Shown here: in pieces, positions 1 to 10,535 of the stretch
Layout: each line of letters opens with the position of its first letter
Numbering within the stretch: the stretch's first letter is position 1
DNA from: a virus
Lineage: Duplodnaviria; Caudoviricetes
Reading direction: 5' to 3' (one strand)
DNA length: 64,000 nucleotides
Virus record (IMG/VR): IMGVR_UViG_3300028603_000022
Coordinates: 96,001 to 160,000 of that record
Program-made: the position numbers and the translations under genes
Notes under the pieces: generated by a model
Seen by the model: the letters and a program-made list of their open reading frames with translations, nothing else
Database searches by the model: none
What the model was told of the DNA's origin: nothing

Positions 1-611
1 GTGTAATCTACCACATTTCCTTTACCCACAAACTTGGTGAAAGCGCCTATTATTTCAATGGTATCTGGTTCTCTAACAAGCGTAATAACACGAAGGGCTC
101 CTATAGCTCCGGATTCAGTAAACTTATCTATTTCAGGATGAGGTTTTAAAGCCTCTTGATATACGTACCCTTTAGAATACACCCTTAGTAAGATACTATA
201 TATGTCACTTACAGTCATTGTATCAGGTAAAACAAACCCACCTTTACCACCCCAGCCAGCAACTGGTTTGAAAAATACATTTTTCTGATAAATGTCTTCA
301 GCCTGGTTTACAAGATTTTTAGCAGTAAGTAGCGTTGTATGCGGTATAGGTAGATCAAGAAATTTATGATAAAACTTCCATTTATTGTTAATGTATGGCT
401 CAATTTCTTTATTGGTGTTGTACTTATCCCAAATATGCTTGGATTTGAATAGACCTATATAATCAGATGGGTTATCTTTATTAAACAGCTCAAAATCAAA
501 ATATTCGTTTGGTAAAATTCTGTTTTTCAGCCACAACTTCCACATATGGCTTAGTTGCGTAAAAGTAGGTACTCCATGCTTATTCTCTACATGAAGAAAC
601 TTGTTTATCAT
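1..611 (-). CDS. Sugar-transfer-associated ATP-grasp protein (3' end outside window; missing from ORF track)
   Basis: Manual translation from ATG 611: MINKFLHVEN...LPNEYFDFELF...FFKPVAGWGGKG...YVYQEALKPHP...ALRVITL; paralog of 26100-27233. Confidence 0.7.
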   Translation of the reverse strand, partial: MINKFLHVENKHGVPTFTQLSHMWKLWLKNRILPNEYFDFELFNKDNPSDYIGLFKSKHIWDKYNTNKEIEPYINNKWKFYHKFLDLPIPHTTLLTAKNLVNQAEDIYQKNVFFKPVAGWGGKGGFVLPDTMTVSDIYSILLRVYSKGYVYQEALKPHPEIDKFTESGAIGALRVITLVREPDTIEIIGAFTKFVGKGNVVDY

Positions 612-612
612 T

Positions 613-3474
613 TTATTCGACCTGATTTTTGAACATGTTAAGACCTTCAAAAACTTCATTTATAGAGTTATGACCTACTGCCATCTTGTATGGGTTGCTT
701 CTTAACTCCCTTTCTCGTATTTTAAGCATGAACTTAGCATCGTCTAATACTTTCTTTATAGATTTAGGTGATTTTTCTAGTCTTTGGCCCTCTTTTTCCA
801 GCATAGAAATAAGTGTTTCCGGTCTAAAGTCCCATTCATTTAGGCTTGCCCAGTTAGACCCAAACTCTAAACCGTAAGACAGAGGTATAGAGATTTCAAA
901 ATCGAATTTTTCTTTATAATACTCCATAGGTAGTGTAGACATGGCGTGTTCTGTTAGATATATAGCAAATGGAGTGTGTTCGTATAAGCAATCACTATAG
1001 CCAGCATCATGAACGATGTTTGTATGATGGCTATCTAGATAATACCCCTTTTTAGTAATATTCTCAAATACCCATTTTTTGTTAGTATAAACAGATGCTA
1101 TACCTATATCACTGGAAAAACCTTGTACAGGGCTATTAACAGCTCGCCTGTCCATAGCCCTTTCTACCCATATGTCATCATGTAGATACGCCCACAAGTG
1201 TCTAATACGATGATTCGGGTAATGAATCATAAAGGTTTCTTTACCTGTTTTATGGCAATGTGTTATCCATTCAGCTACACTACCCCAGCGTTCAAATAGT
1301 ATATCTATAAGCTCTTGAGCTTCAGATTCTTCGATGCCAAGGTCTCTAGCAAGAGCTTTCGCCAATTTTCCGTAGAGCGTGCCGAAGACAATTTGCTTGA
1401 TATTTTGTCTAAGTGGATGCTTTTTATCAACGTCTTTTTTAAAGAAAAAGCGTACGTTGATAATATGAATATCGCCTTCACGTTCTAGTATCTTTTTGGC
1501 TTCTTCCAATTTATCTAAAGGAGCCAATCTGTATTTATGAATCGCGTTATTAGCTAAGACAAAAGTCTTTTTAACCATCTTATCTTTAGTAATGACGCCA
1601 GTCACTCGTATTTCATGGGCGGAGAAATCGGTCCCTATCATAGTTCGACCTAATTTAACCGAAAAATTACCCTTAATACCTTTAATAAGGTCTTTATGCA
1701 GCTCAAACTCTTTATCAGCGTGAGTTGCAATATTCTGTGAATTAGGTCTAACTACAGAAATTCTTCCTGGCAAGACCTTAGTAAATCCGAAGAAAGGCCT
1801 CAGCCTTCCATCACCTTGGAAGTCTTTATCCTCTTTGTATCTTTTGATAATACCTTCTGCGAAGGTGGATTTCAAAATCTTAGTTTTGTTAAAATGTGAA
1901 AATAATTTAACTTCTTCTATATGCTTATACGTTTTTTGGAAACCCTTATCAGTAGAAGGTTCACCCGATTTACCAGTTTTTGTAGGTTCAAGTCTCATTA
2001 CATCGAAGAACAATGTTCTAAGGTGAGCTGGCTTAGTTAGAGATAGAACATCGGCTTTTTGTGAAGAAAACATACCTCCAGATGGACTAATACCCATCTG
2101 TTTCATAATACGCTTATTGGCTTTCTGACCATTCTTAGTGGATAGGATGGTGTTCTTGATATCCTCAACAGTTTTATCGAAGATAGAGCCCGGTTTAGTT
2201 AGCTCTTTAGCATTACTCAGATCAATATAAATACCCGTATCCATAAGCATAGAGAAAGTAGAAATCATCATACCTAGTTGATGAATAACTAGTCTCTTGT
2301 ACTCTTTCTTAGACTTATATCCTATAAATTTCTCTGTACATTGCTCTATTTGTCGTTTTCTTATCTCTAACAGATGTACTACATCGATCGCGCCGTACTC
2401 GGCTATCTCATCTAACGAGAATTTAGCCATATTGGCACGGTCTTCTTTACCAATAACTATACCTTCATCACGGAATATTCCATACCTAGCTTCTACAGAC
2501 TCCAAACCATATGGCTTGTATTGACCACCATTAGGTAAATCAATAATTTTCTCAAGAGCTTTATGATTTTCATCAGCACAAAATTCCGCGGCGATTGTAT
2601 CCCAAACTTTACAAGGGTAGAAAGGAAGGTCTAGAGCTACACTAATTTGACCTATATCAAATTGACCGAAATGGAAAATCGTCTCTACATCGTCTCTACT
2701 AAAATAACTATATAACTTCTTCTTTATATATGATAGTTCTTTATTAGACCAAGTATGATCTTTCTGCTTCCAAGGAAGGATATAGGCTACCTTCTTATCA
2801 TCTATTTCCAACCCAAATTGCATAGTATATAGCGTATTTTGAATACGGTTAAGGTTAGCTGTTTCTACGTCTACAGCTACCAGTTTAGTCTTATCGAGTA
2901 TCTTGAAAAACTTATTGAACTGTTCAATAGTTTTGATAATACGCAGTTTAAATTTCAGATCTTTTTTAGTAATAGGAGAGAAATAATTAGAACCTCTAAA
3001 AGCACATTGAATATGCTTTAAATTAAATCCTATAAGAGACTTACCGGACTCACCTTTTTCAAAACCCTCTGTTTTAGACCATGCTGCAAAAGGCGTTGAC
3101 AGAATGGTGGGTAATCCATTCCATTCTCTTACGTAGCCAAAATACTCTAATGGGTTGAGATTAAGCCGGTTAAACGGAATTTGATTAACAAATATAACAC
3201 CATCTGGTTCAATGTTGTCTATAATACGACGAATACCGGATTCATTAGTAGAACCCAGCTCCATATACACAAAACGAGCGTTTTTACGCTCGGCTTTACA
3301 CACTTCATAGCATAGATTAGCAAATGTAGACCTATGGATATCGTGATTCAAATTGAACCAATTATCCAGCAACAATATAGTCTTCTTGGGCGTTTCTCCA
3401 AATTGAACTGTGTATTGTTTAAGCTGTCTACCATCAACTTTTACTATTTTGTTGCTAATCTTAGGAGATTTCAT
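613..3474 (-). CDS. polA: Family A DNA polymerase with 3'-5' exonuclease and possible N-terminal UDG-like domain
   Basis: Exo I DVET, Exo III YGAID, motif A DFSAHEIR, motif B RQNIKQIVFGTLYG, NSPVQG, motif C VHD. Confidence 0.93.
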   Translation of the reverse strand: MKSPKISNKIVKVDGRQLKQYTVQFGETPKKTILLLDNWFNLNHDIHRSTFANLCYEVCKAERKNARFVYMELGSTNESGIRRIIDNIEPDGVIFVNQIPFNRLNLNPLEYFGYVREWNGLPTILSTPFAAWSKTEGFEKGESGKSLIGFNLKHIQCAFRGSNYFSPITKKDLKFKLRIIKTIEQFNKFFKILDKTKLVAVDVETANLNRIQNTLYTMQFGLEIDDKKVAYILPWKQKDHTWSNKELSYIKKKLYSYFSRDDVETIFHFGQFDIGQISVALDLPFYPCKVWDTIAAEFCADENHKALEKIIDLPNGGQYKPYGLESVEARYGIFRDEGIVIGKEDRANMAKFSLDEIAEYGAIDVVHLLEIRKRQIEQCTEKFIGYKSKKEYKRLVIHQLGMMISTFSMLMDTGIYIDLSNAKELTKPGSIFDKTVEDIKNTILSTKNGQKANKRIMKQMGISPSGGMFSSQKADVLSLTKPAHLRTLFFDVMRLEPTKTGKSGEPSTDKGFQKTYKHIEEVKLFSHFNKTKILKSTFAEGIIKRYKEDKDFQGDGRLRPFFGFTKVLPGRISVVRPNSQNIATHADKEFELHKDLIKGIKGNFSVKLGRTMIGTDFSAHEIRVTGVITKDKMVKKTFVLANNAIHKYRLAPLDKLEEAKKILEREGDIHIINVRFFFKKDVDKKHPLRQNIKQIVFGTLYGKLAKALARDLGIEESEAQELIDILFERWGSVAEWITHCHKTGKETFMIHYPNHRIRHLWAYLHDDIWVERAMDRRAVNSPVQGFSSDIGIASVYTNKKWVFENITKKGYYLDSHHTNIVHDAGYSDCLYEHTPFAIYLTEHAMSTLPMEYYKEKFDFEISIPLSYGLEFGSNWASLNEWDFRPETLISMLEKEGQRLEKSPKSIKKVLDDAKFMLKIRERELRSNPYKMAVGHNSINEVFEGLNMFKNQVE

Positions 3475-3938
3475 GACTTCATGTATCTTTCGGCTTCTAA
3501 CAAGCTATCAGTAACAGTCAATACGTCTTTATAGAGATTGCGCACCACGTATAGATCATCTTTAACACCACCCTCTATACTATCATTTACGATTAGAACA
3601 TCGTCTCTAGTCATACGCCCGGATACTATTTCATACGGTTCATTAGAAAGATTAGCGGGTGCTCTATACCAATATTGACTTATAAATGATCCCCCTTCAG
3701 GACGAAATCCAAACTCTTTCAAAAGAGCTTGAAGTTTCTTATTATCCTGCATTACAACATAAGGTACAGCGTATTTAACTCTAGATTTATCGCAATCCTT
3801 TATAACTTCACGCAGTAAAAGAGAAAAGGCATTCAAATCCCTGAATTTAGTGAGGTATAGCTGCGCAGATCCAGTAGAATGTATATGATTTAATATCGTA
3901 GCTGATTTATTCTTATTTACATAAAATCCTTTAATCAT
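3471..3938 (-). CDS. Hypothetical protein
   Basis: 155 aa ORF with 4-nt overlaps in operon. Confidence 0.7.
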   Translation of the reverse strand: MIKGFYVNKNKSATILNHIHSTGSAQLYLTKFRDLNAFSLLLREVIKDCDKSRVKYAVPYVVMQDNKKLQALLKEFGFRPEGGSFISQYWYRAPANLSNEPYEIVSGRMTRDDVLIVNDSIEGGVKDDLYVVRNLYKDVLTVTDSLLEAERYMKS

Positions 3939-4363
3939 GTTTTCTGCTCCGATGCAATACTTCTACAAAATATTTCACTGGATTGATTCTTGTTAGACAC
4001 TACCACAAAATCTTCAAAAGTATACCTTGTGGCAACACCTTCGGTATCTGCTTTATCATCCCATTTTTTACGATTTCTTATTAGCAAACCATTGTTAAGA
4101 ATGGAAAAGTAGGGGGCCTTTATGTTTATTACATAAAGGATAACAAAGCCATTAGATGAAACCACGTTTATTGTGTAGTTCCGCTCTTCTACTGTATCAA
4201 GATTGAAGTAAGTAGCGTTGTTAACTCTTGACCTATCGGGGATGAATAATATAGGATGTTCAATACCTATATTGATAGATAAGGGCACAAAAGTTTTCTC
4301 TGGATGCTTAATTATGTTGGGTTTTTCTAGGAAAAGCTTATTCAACTCCATGGAATTACCCAA
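3935..4363 (-). CDS. Hypothetical protein
   Basis: 142 aa ORF coupled to neighbours. Confidence 0.7.
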   Translation of the reverse strand: MGNSMELNKLFLEKPNIIKHPEKTFVPLSINIGIEHPILFIPDRSRVNNATYFNLDTVEERNYTINVVSSNGFVILYVINIKAPYFSILNNGLLIRNRKKWDDKADTEGVATRYTFEDFVVVSNKNQSSEIFCRSIASEQKT

Positions 4364-5459
4364 TCGCAGTTAATGCAGCGGTGATCTTGATATCTTTAGA
4401 AGAAGACTCCATAAGTAGCATATTTTGCATAACAGATACGCTTATATTCTTTTCTTTCATTGAAGAAATACAATCTTTCAGATGATGGATAGCTACCTTA
4501 ACCTTTGTAGGTTTACCTTTAAAAGAAATAGGTTTAATAGCTGCCTTAGCATTACCAGTGCTTGTATTACTGGATACTAGACAGGATTTCTCTGACATAT
4601 CGAAGGTGAGCACTTCTGTTTCAGAAATAGCTCCTGTCAGAGTGTCAATAACAGACTTTAGTTTATCAGTGTTAACAACCATTTTGGTTGAACGCTTACC
4701 ACTCTCAATAACTGATCTAGCCATGTCCGCAAGGAACATATTCTCTGTTTTATTAGAGATAGCTAGGTAATCAGTATTGGAATAAGCATAAAACCTGTCA
4801 TCTGTAGCTGCAAATGTACTACCTACAGACATGATATTCTGAATATTAGGTAATGTAGTAGTCAATTGGTTGGAAGACTTAACTTTTACATCAGCGTCTA
4901 CTACAATAGCGTGGTGCGTATCTCCAATAGACAATTCCATCTTATTGGAGCCCCATCCAATGATAACACCTAAAGCCTGACTATCTGTACGATTACGCAT
5001 ACCCGATACTAGAGACAGCACTTCATTAGCTGTTTTAGCTACACTAGAAATATTCTCTGAATCCTTGAACTCTCTACGCTCAACTAATTCTGGATTACCT
5101 ACATAGAAAATAGAAGCGTTAAACCCTTTGGAAGATACGATCATTCTATCTTCTTTAGGGGATAGACTTAATTCTTTATACGCCTTAGTGTATGATAAAA
5201 GAACTTCTGGAATAATGCTTACTTCTAAATCCTTTTTTGATCCATAAACTACCTCAACAGGTAGCTCTGTCTTATATTCAGCTATGGAGTTCATAGCTTC
5301 AATAGACATACCTTTCTTTGAGAAAATAAGAGTAACTACGTTTGTATCAGACCGCTCTCCAAGAGATATAATAGACAGACATTTAGATATAGCTGTACTT
5401 AATACCTTGGAGTCTATCTTGTATTGGTACTGTGATTTTTCGCTCATGTTGTTTTTCAC
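4356..5459 (-). CDS. DNA polymerase III beta-like sliding clamp
   Basis: 367 aa beta-rich three-domain pattern typical of DnaN; in polA operon; DnaX-like loader elsewhere in window. Confidence 0.65.
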   Translation of the reverse strand: MKNNMSEKSQYQYKIDSKVLSTAISKCLSIISLGERSDTNVVTLIFSKKGMSIEAMNSIAEYKTELPVEVVYGSKKDLEVSIIPEVLLSYTKAYKELSLSPKEDRMIVSSKGFNASIFYVGNPELVERREFKDSENISSVAKTANEVLSLVSGMRNRTDSQALGVIIGWGSNKMELSIGDTHHAIVVDADVKVKSSNQLTTTLPNIQNIMSVGSTFAATDDRFYAYSNTDYLAISNKTENMFLADMARSVIESGKRSTKMVVNTDKLKSVIDTLTGAISETEVLTFDMSEKSCLVSSNTSTGNAKAAIKPISFKGKPTKVKVAIHHLKDCISSMKEKNISVSVMQNMLLMESSSKDIKITAALTAIG

Positions 5460-5465
5460 TTTGTT

Positions 5466-6047
5466 TTAAATACGTGTTTTTGAGATTATAAATCTCATAT
5501 TCTGGAATTTTTCTGAATCACCCCAAGCTTCACTAGAAACTCTATCAAGAAAATCTTGAACGGTTTCGTTGATTTCAGGTAAAAATACATCCTTAGTTTT
5601 AAGATTTAGTAATCCATAATAGTGCTTGCGTCTTTCTGCCCTCGCTAACAATGATTCCCAAAATCTTTTACCATCCGGCGTATGGTATTCATCTGACATT
5701 ATAGAACCAAATTTTGGTATCAGAATTTCAAATACAACTCTTTCAGTTATGCCCTGAGCAAATAGGTTAGTATGCCATCGCCAAATCTGTGTTTGTGTTA
5801 TAGGTTTACCTATAAATGAAGATGCGCGTTCATAATGTACTAAATAGTACAGCAACCCCATCTTTTTATCGAATCCCGCATACCAGCCTTCACGATTGTT
5901 GCCTACTCTATAAAATAGATTTCGTTCATCCTCAATAAGAATTTCTGATAATTTTGGGAATAGAGCGTTATGTTTTCTACGATTAGCTGCTCGATCGTCT
6001 AACATAAAATCTGTAGACGGAACCATTTCTGGCATAGCTTTTTCCAT
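5466..6047 (-). CDS. Hypothetical protein, possible GNAT-like fold; paralog of 27703-28335
   Basis: Shared EDERNLFYRVG, GWYAGxDK, TQTxxWRW, IMSDxxxTxDGxxFW; SD GGAGA before ATG 6047. Confidence 0.6.
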   Translation of the reverse strand: MEKAMPEMVPSTDFMLDDRAANRRKHNALFPKLSEILIEDERNLFYRVGNNREGWYAGFDKKMGLLYYLVHYERASSFIGKPITQTQIWRWHTNLFAQGITERVVFEILIPKFGSIMSDEYHTPDGKRFWESLLARAERRKHYYGLLNLKTKDVFLPEINETVQDFLDRVSSEAWGDSEKFQNMRFIISKTRI

Positions 6048-6058
6048 AGTTAAATCTC

Positions 6059-6613
6059 CTAGTAACACGTAATGAACAATTTTGTTCGATTAGTGTCTAT
6101 ATTTTCTGATTTCATTTCTTCTGGTAGATAGGTATCAGCTGGACCGTCATACGGTATTTCAAACATATGTAGTTCATCTATATAAGGTAGCCATTTCTTA
6201 TATGTTTTAGCTCCTCCAGCTACCCATACTACATCTTTACCCTCGTCTCTTTCAAACCTCTTTAAAGCAATATATTTAGGAATCCAGAAATCCCAAGGAA
6301 TTTCCTCGTTTCTTTTGGAATCCTCATTGTAAAATAACGTATCAGCCCCATCTATTAGAAATCTTCTATTACAAGTTCTGTCCAAATGGCTTACAGATGG
6401 CCATGTGTTCCTGCCAACCACTACAATGCAATCGGTAGTTAGTTTTCTGAAATTAATTAAATCCTTAACAGTAATTTCTGTGAGTTCAGGAATATCCTTC
6501 CAAGGAAGATTTCCGTTTAGACCAATTTGACCATCCCGGCCTACTGCTACGATAGACTTAACTACTATACCCTTAGTCAATTCATTCATATGCCCAATAT
6601 CGATCATAGCCAT
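6059..6613 (-). CDS. folA: Dihydrofolate reductase
   Basis: IVAVGRDGQIGLNGNLPW, VVVGRNTW, WVAGGAKTY, ADTY. Confidence 0.92.
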   Translation of the reverse strand: MAMIDIGHMNELTKGIVVKSIVAVGRDGQIGLNGNLPWKDIPELTEITVKDLINFRKLTTDCIVVVGRNTWPSVSHLDRTCNRRFLIDGADTLFYNEDSKRNEEIPWDFWIPKYIALKRFERDEGKDVVWVAGGAKTYKKWLPYIDELHMFEIPYDGPADTYLPEEMKSENIDTNRTKLFITCY

Positions 6614-6653
6614 TGCCTTTTATTATAGACCAATACCAACATCGATAACATTC

Positions 6654-6881
6654 TCATTTGTTTAATCTCTCTACGTAGAGGGCGTTGCCTATTAAAGCAC
6701 CTAAAACAACTAGAATTAATAGCAAACTCATAATCATTGGTATTGCGTCACCGGGTATTTCTATATACGTAGACATAAATTTATATACCCAAGCAATTAC
6801 TTCTATACCAGACCATATTACAATAACTACAACGACGGGGAATAATATTCCCCCTATAAACATGTATAGGAAGCGTTTCAT
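6654..6881 (-). CDS. Small two-TM membrane protein
   Basis: Two hydrophobic segments. Confidence 0.65.
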   Translation of the reverse strand: MKRFLYMFIGGILFPVVVVIVIWSGIEVIAWVYKFMSTYIEIPGDAIPMIMSLLLILVVLGALIGNALYVERLNK

Positions 6882-6895
6882 AGTAATCTACCTTT

Positions 6896-7768
6896 TCAAT
6901 AAAACACTACAGAAGATTTTCTCACGTAGTGCCTAACAAGCTTCTCTGAACCTTCTTCATTTATAGGCTTAGAACAAAATACAATTGGAAGGAATATACT
7001 TCCTTTTTTATCAGACCGCCAAAAATTCTCAAATACAGACCATTCTTTGCTATTGATACTGATTCTCTTTTCCTTATTATCTCGAATAGCTTCAATATCG
7101 AAAGAAGGGCGTATATTATACTTAAACTCTTTACAAAGCTTCATTACCCAATAGAAACTCTGGTTATCAGCTATTACACCGATTTTATCGTGTAGTTTGG
7201 GAAACTTGTTTAGTACCTTAACGGCTGATTCTAAATTACCAGGCAAAGAAGACGAGTGAACAAACATTCTATATGATACAGATACATTTTTATTAGATTT
7301 AGGATAACCCAACGCGTCCCAAAGCTTTAATAGGATTTTAGCTATGTAAGAATCCAGTTGTATTTCTTTAGGTAGGCAGATAACAAATCTGATAGAGGCG
7401 TTTCTACAGACAGACCCTAATTGCTTTAATTCTGTTTGTAAAGCTTTGAAGATTTTTTGGTAGTTGTCTTTCCAGGCTTTATCACACAAAACATTGGGTA
7501 AAAGGTCGTCTAAATAGACAGCTTCAATTCGTCTATAGACCTTATCAAAATGAGACGTATCAGGGTACTCAATACCCATTATTGGCTTTGATATCATACG
7601 CCAAATAGAGGAATATACCGAAAATATATTCCTCTTACAAGCTTTAATGATAGTATCCAATTCGTTATCAAAGACTGGATAAGCAAAATAATCTAAAAAA
7701 TCCTCGTCTTTAAGCTTCCTGTAACCACACTTGGTATAGTCTACTAGACCAAACTTTCCATAGTACAT
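6896..7768 (-). CDS. Degenerate UvsE/UVDE-like TIM-barrel protein
   Basis: LKQLGSVCRNASIRF, LWDALG, MFVH, IRPSFD align with UvsE blocks, but the metal ligands are altered. Confidence 0.5.
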   Translation of the reverse strand: MYYGKFGLVDYTKCGYRKLKDEDFLDYFAYPVFDNELDTIIKACKRNIFSVYSSIWRMISKPIMGIEYPDTSHFDKVYRRIEAVYLDDLLPNVLCDKAWKDNYQKIFKALQTELKQLGSVCRNASIRFVICLPKEIQLDSYIAKILLKLWDALGYPKSNKNVSVSYRMFVHSSSLPGNLESAVKVLNKFPKLHDKIGVIADNQSFYWVMKLCKEFKYNIRPSFDIEAIRDNKEKRISINSKEWSVFENFWRSDKKGSIFLPIVFCSKPINEEGSEKLVRHYVRKSSVVFY

Positions 7769-7816
7769 GATGGTATTCCTGTCTTTGTTTCTATTTTACC
7801 ATGAACTACAAAAACA

Positions 7817-7840
7817 AAAGGGCTGGAAATCCAGCCCTTT
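7817..7840. terminator. Rho-independent terminator
   Basis: AAAGGGCTGGA-aa-TCCAGCCCTTT hairpin with A/T tails. Confidence 0.7.
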
Positions 7841-7862
7841 AATTATATTCAAAAAATGTATG

Positions 7863-8234
7863 TTACGCCTTAAATCTATACAACCCCACATAGCATACAA
7901 CAGATGGAAATCCTAGATTTTTAAACGCCATTAATCTATGTGTACCATCTATAACTGATTTACGAACTTTGTCATATACAATCGGTCTAGGAAATTCACC
8001 TTTTTGAATACGCTTCTCATATTTCTTTACTTTGTCCTCGTCGATATACCATTGAATCTGCAATTTATTCGTAGGTAGCTTCATCTTTTGGTATTCTGTA
8101 AATTTGTATAATCTGTCTTCTATGTCTCCTTCTTCAAAATCCCTAAGATGGTCATGGATAATATCTTCACGTATCTCATACGGGGTTATAGAGGCTGGGA
8201 ATTTGTTAAACCATTCGTTTATGTATCGGTTCAT
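7863..8234 (-). CDS. ParB/Srx-like domain protein
   Basis: PIVY...VIDGTHRLMA motif. Confidence 0.7.
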   Translation of the reverse strand: MNRYINEWFNKFPASITPYEIREDIIHDHLRDFEEGDIEDRLYKFTEYQKMKLPTNKLQIQWYIDEDKVKKYEKRIQKGEFPRPIVYDKVRKSVIDGTHRLMAFKNLGFPSVVCYVGLYRFKA

Positions 8235-9133
8235 GACAGTTTAAGCGCTTTCGTAGGTCCAACAAATTTACTAACTTTTAGACCATTAGCTTTCATAGAA
8301 TCTATGATCTCTTTCATATCTGCATTGAATACTTTACTTAACAGATACGCATAAACTCCTGCATACTCTGGACCATGGGAAGCAATATTCTTATACCGGA
8401 AATAACATACTAGATGCGCTATTTCATGAACCAATGTGTTAAGGGAAGAATCATGTATATTCAAGATAGCGAAATTCGGATCATTTGAAGATATATCGTC
8501 CTTAATAACCCTACACGCTCCCAATCTTTTAGCACTTCTGGTTGTCTGGTTAGTGACGTGAACCTTATCCATAGGTAGGTTGAAGAACGCTATAATCTTC
8601 TTAGCATAAGAGTTCAATTTACCTAGTGAAATAGCTTTTTCACCGGCTTTACCAGTGAATGCTACAAGTGAATGACCTTCCCATCTATACAAACTATTAA
8701 CCTGGCTGTCCCGTTGTTTAACGGAGTTAGCTAGATATTTCTTCAATGTTTCCCGCTTTAGAGAATCCACAAGGTTCATGTCATTGAAAGCTACGGATAC
8801 AACGGGGACGAACTTCTTTTGTTCACCCTTTCCTTTGTTTACAGATAAAACTGCTATTAAAGGATGCGTCTTTAGAACCTTTTTTATTTCGTCTATGCTT
8901 ATTGATTTAGCGTGTAGATCGTATTCCATACCACCGCTAGATACGGAACCTACAAAGAGAGCCGCGTTCCCCTCTACACGATAAATTTTTGCTAGATCAG
9001 TCTTAGTAAACTGAAAAATGGATAGCTGATAACTTTTTTCTTTATATTTAAGTCGATAGAAGCTTTCAGGCTTCTTAGTCCTAATCATCTGATAAACGAT
9101 TGATGTAGGTAGATATTTTGTTTTATCAGACAT
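8231..9133 (-). CDS. Protein with C-terminal SprT-like zinc metallopeptidase domain
   Basis: RLGAC...LVHEIAH...HGPEY. Confidence 0.7.
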   Translation of the reverse strand: MSDKTKYLPTSIVYQMIRTKKPESFYRLKYKEKSYQLSIFQFTKTDLAKIYRVEGNAALFVGSVSSGGMEYDLHAKSISIDEIKKVLKTHPLIAVLSVNKGKGEQKKFVPVVSVAFNDMNLVDSLKRETLKKYLANSVKQRDSQVNSLYRWEGHSLVAFTGKAGEKAISLGKLNSYAKKIIAFFNLPMDKVHVTNQTTRSAKRLGACRVIKDDISSNDPNFAILNIHDSSLNTLVHEIAHLVCYFRYKNIASHGPEYAGVYAYLLSKVFNADMKEIIDSMKANGLKVSKFVGPTKALKLS

Positions 9134-9300
9134 TACAAATCTCTAATATTTGAGCAAACTACTAAACGATTGGGTTTATCAGGTATTGAAGACTTTAAAG
9201 ATTCGCACATCTCTACAGGAAACCGGCCGACTATGTTGATATTAATTTTGTCGGCCGGTGTTAATGGAAACGTTATTATTATAAGATATGCTAATAGCAT
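9133..9300 (-). CDS. Small secreted/membrane protein
   Basis: SD GAGGT before ATG 9300; hydrophobic N-terminus. Confidence 0.55.
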   Translation of the reverse strand: MLLAYLIIITFPLTPADKININIVGRFPVEMCESLKSSIPDKPNRLVVCSNIRDL

Positions 9301-9307
9301 AATTACC

Positions 9308-9565
9308 TCATTTAGGAACGAACCTCCGCTTAATCTTTTGAAAGATAGAGGTATTAGGACGAGCCTCCGCGACTTCTCTAGGAAGAAACTTACCTGTAAC
9401 GGCGTCCCTATGAACAAAACGTGTTCTTCCAGCCTTGGACTTCGACGCCTCTACAGATATAAGTTTCAGAATCTTATCTGTAACAGTAGTAGGATTGGTA
9501 TAGGTTCCATTACCATACGCACGGATAAGATTATCGATTTCAATCTTCAACTTCGAGCGTGCCAT
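9308..9565 (-). CDS. Small basic protein with RDAVTGKF motif
   Basis: SD AAGGA before ATG 9565. Confidence 0.65.
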   Translation of the reverse strand: MARSKLKIEIDNLIRAYGNGTYTNPTTVTDKILKLISVEASKSKAGRTRFVHRDAVTGKFLPREVAEARPNTSIFQKIKRRFVPK

Positions 9566-9606
9566 GTTATTTTCCTTTCCAGTCTTTAACAAAGAATTAG
9601 TGTTGG

Positions 9607-9759
9607 TTAACCGGCTGGTATGTACACTGGAATTTTGTAATTAGTGTACGCATAGTCTACTGCTTCATCTAGGGTTGCAAACCACACACCCACATTTTCA
9701 TAAGACACCAACCACATATAGATTGGGAAGCCTACGTGTTCTATCCTGGCTTTCTTCAT
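9607..9759 (-). CDS. Small hypothetical protein (50 aa, not in ORF track)
   Basis: MKKARIEHVGFPIYMWLV...; SD AGGAGA. Confidence 0.55.
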   Translation of the reverse strand: MKKARIEHVGFPIYMWLVSYENVGVWFATLDEAVDYAYTNYKIPVYIPAG

Positions 9760-9768
9760 TTACTTCTC

Positions 9769-9993
9769 CTATTTCCTAACTTTGACTATTCCGTAACCAA
9801 CCGTAGGGTTGAACCCTTGCAGAATAGCAAGATGAGTTTCAGCCAAATTCTTATCCGAATATTTCATTTCGTCAATGCCGCATTCTCTTGCGGAAAATGT
9901 TCCGCCTACAGAAGCTATTTCCGGCGCATACCCTTCTGGAAAGAATTGATCCGCGTACTTAACAATTATATACATATATTCAACGTCGGTCAT
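9769..9993 (-). CDS. Hypothetical protein
   Basis: SD AAGGAGA. Confidence 0.65.
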   Translation of the reverse strand: MTDVEYMYIIVKYADQFFPEGYAPEIASVGGTFSARECGIDEMKYSDKNLAETHLAILQGFNPTVGYGIVKVRK

Positions 9994-10064
9994 AAGAAAT
10001 CTCCTTGAAATTTGTGATTGTGTGAAGGCTTGATCTATAAGTGTTTCATATGTTCTTCCCTATT

Positions 10065-10526
10065 TTACGGTTGTTTCTGATAAGCCTCTCGTCCGAAAGA
10101 CATTTCAACCTGTTTAGCAATATTTTTACGGGTTACTTTATCTAAAGACTTCCACCAATCACACCATTCTTTTGGTTTGGTGTGTAATGAAACTCTGAAA
10201 TCCATATATTCAAAATCTGTAGCGTACATTTTGATGAACAGAGTATGGTCAAATCCTTTGAATAAGCCATGATATCTGGCTTCTACAAAATCAACTTCTA
10301 ACGCTTCTTCTTTGAAGAAGCGTTCTAGAGATTTAGCAGTTTCATTCACATACTCGCGAATAAATTCCGCGGTCTCAAAAAGTAACTGGTTCTCGTAGTC
10401 CGTAGCTAGACTCCTACCAGTTTTGATCCAATGTTTATACCATTCAGGTAAATTTTTGGAAATAGCGCCGCCATTCCAAGTTCTTTCGGCTTCTTCGTTA
10501 ATAGAATCAACCAGAATCTTAGACAT
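10065..10526 (-). CDS. Hypothetical protein
   Basis: SD AGGAGA; 153 aa. Confidence 0.7.
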   Translation of the reverse strand: MSKILVDSINEEAERTWNGGAISKNLPEWYKHWIKTGRSLATDYENQLLFETAEFIREYVNETAKSLERFFKEEALEVDFVEARYHGLFKGFDHTLFIKMYATDFEYMDFRVSLHTKPKEWCDWWKSLDKVTRKNIAKQVEMSFGREAYQKQP

Positions 10527-10535
10527 TGATTTCTC

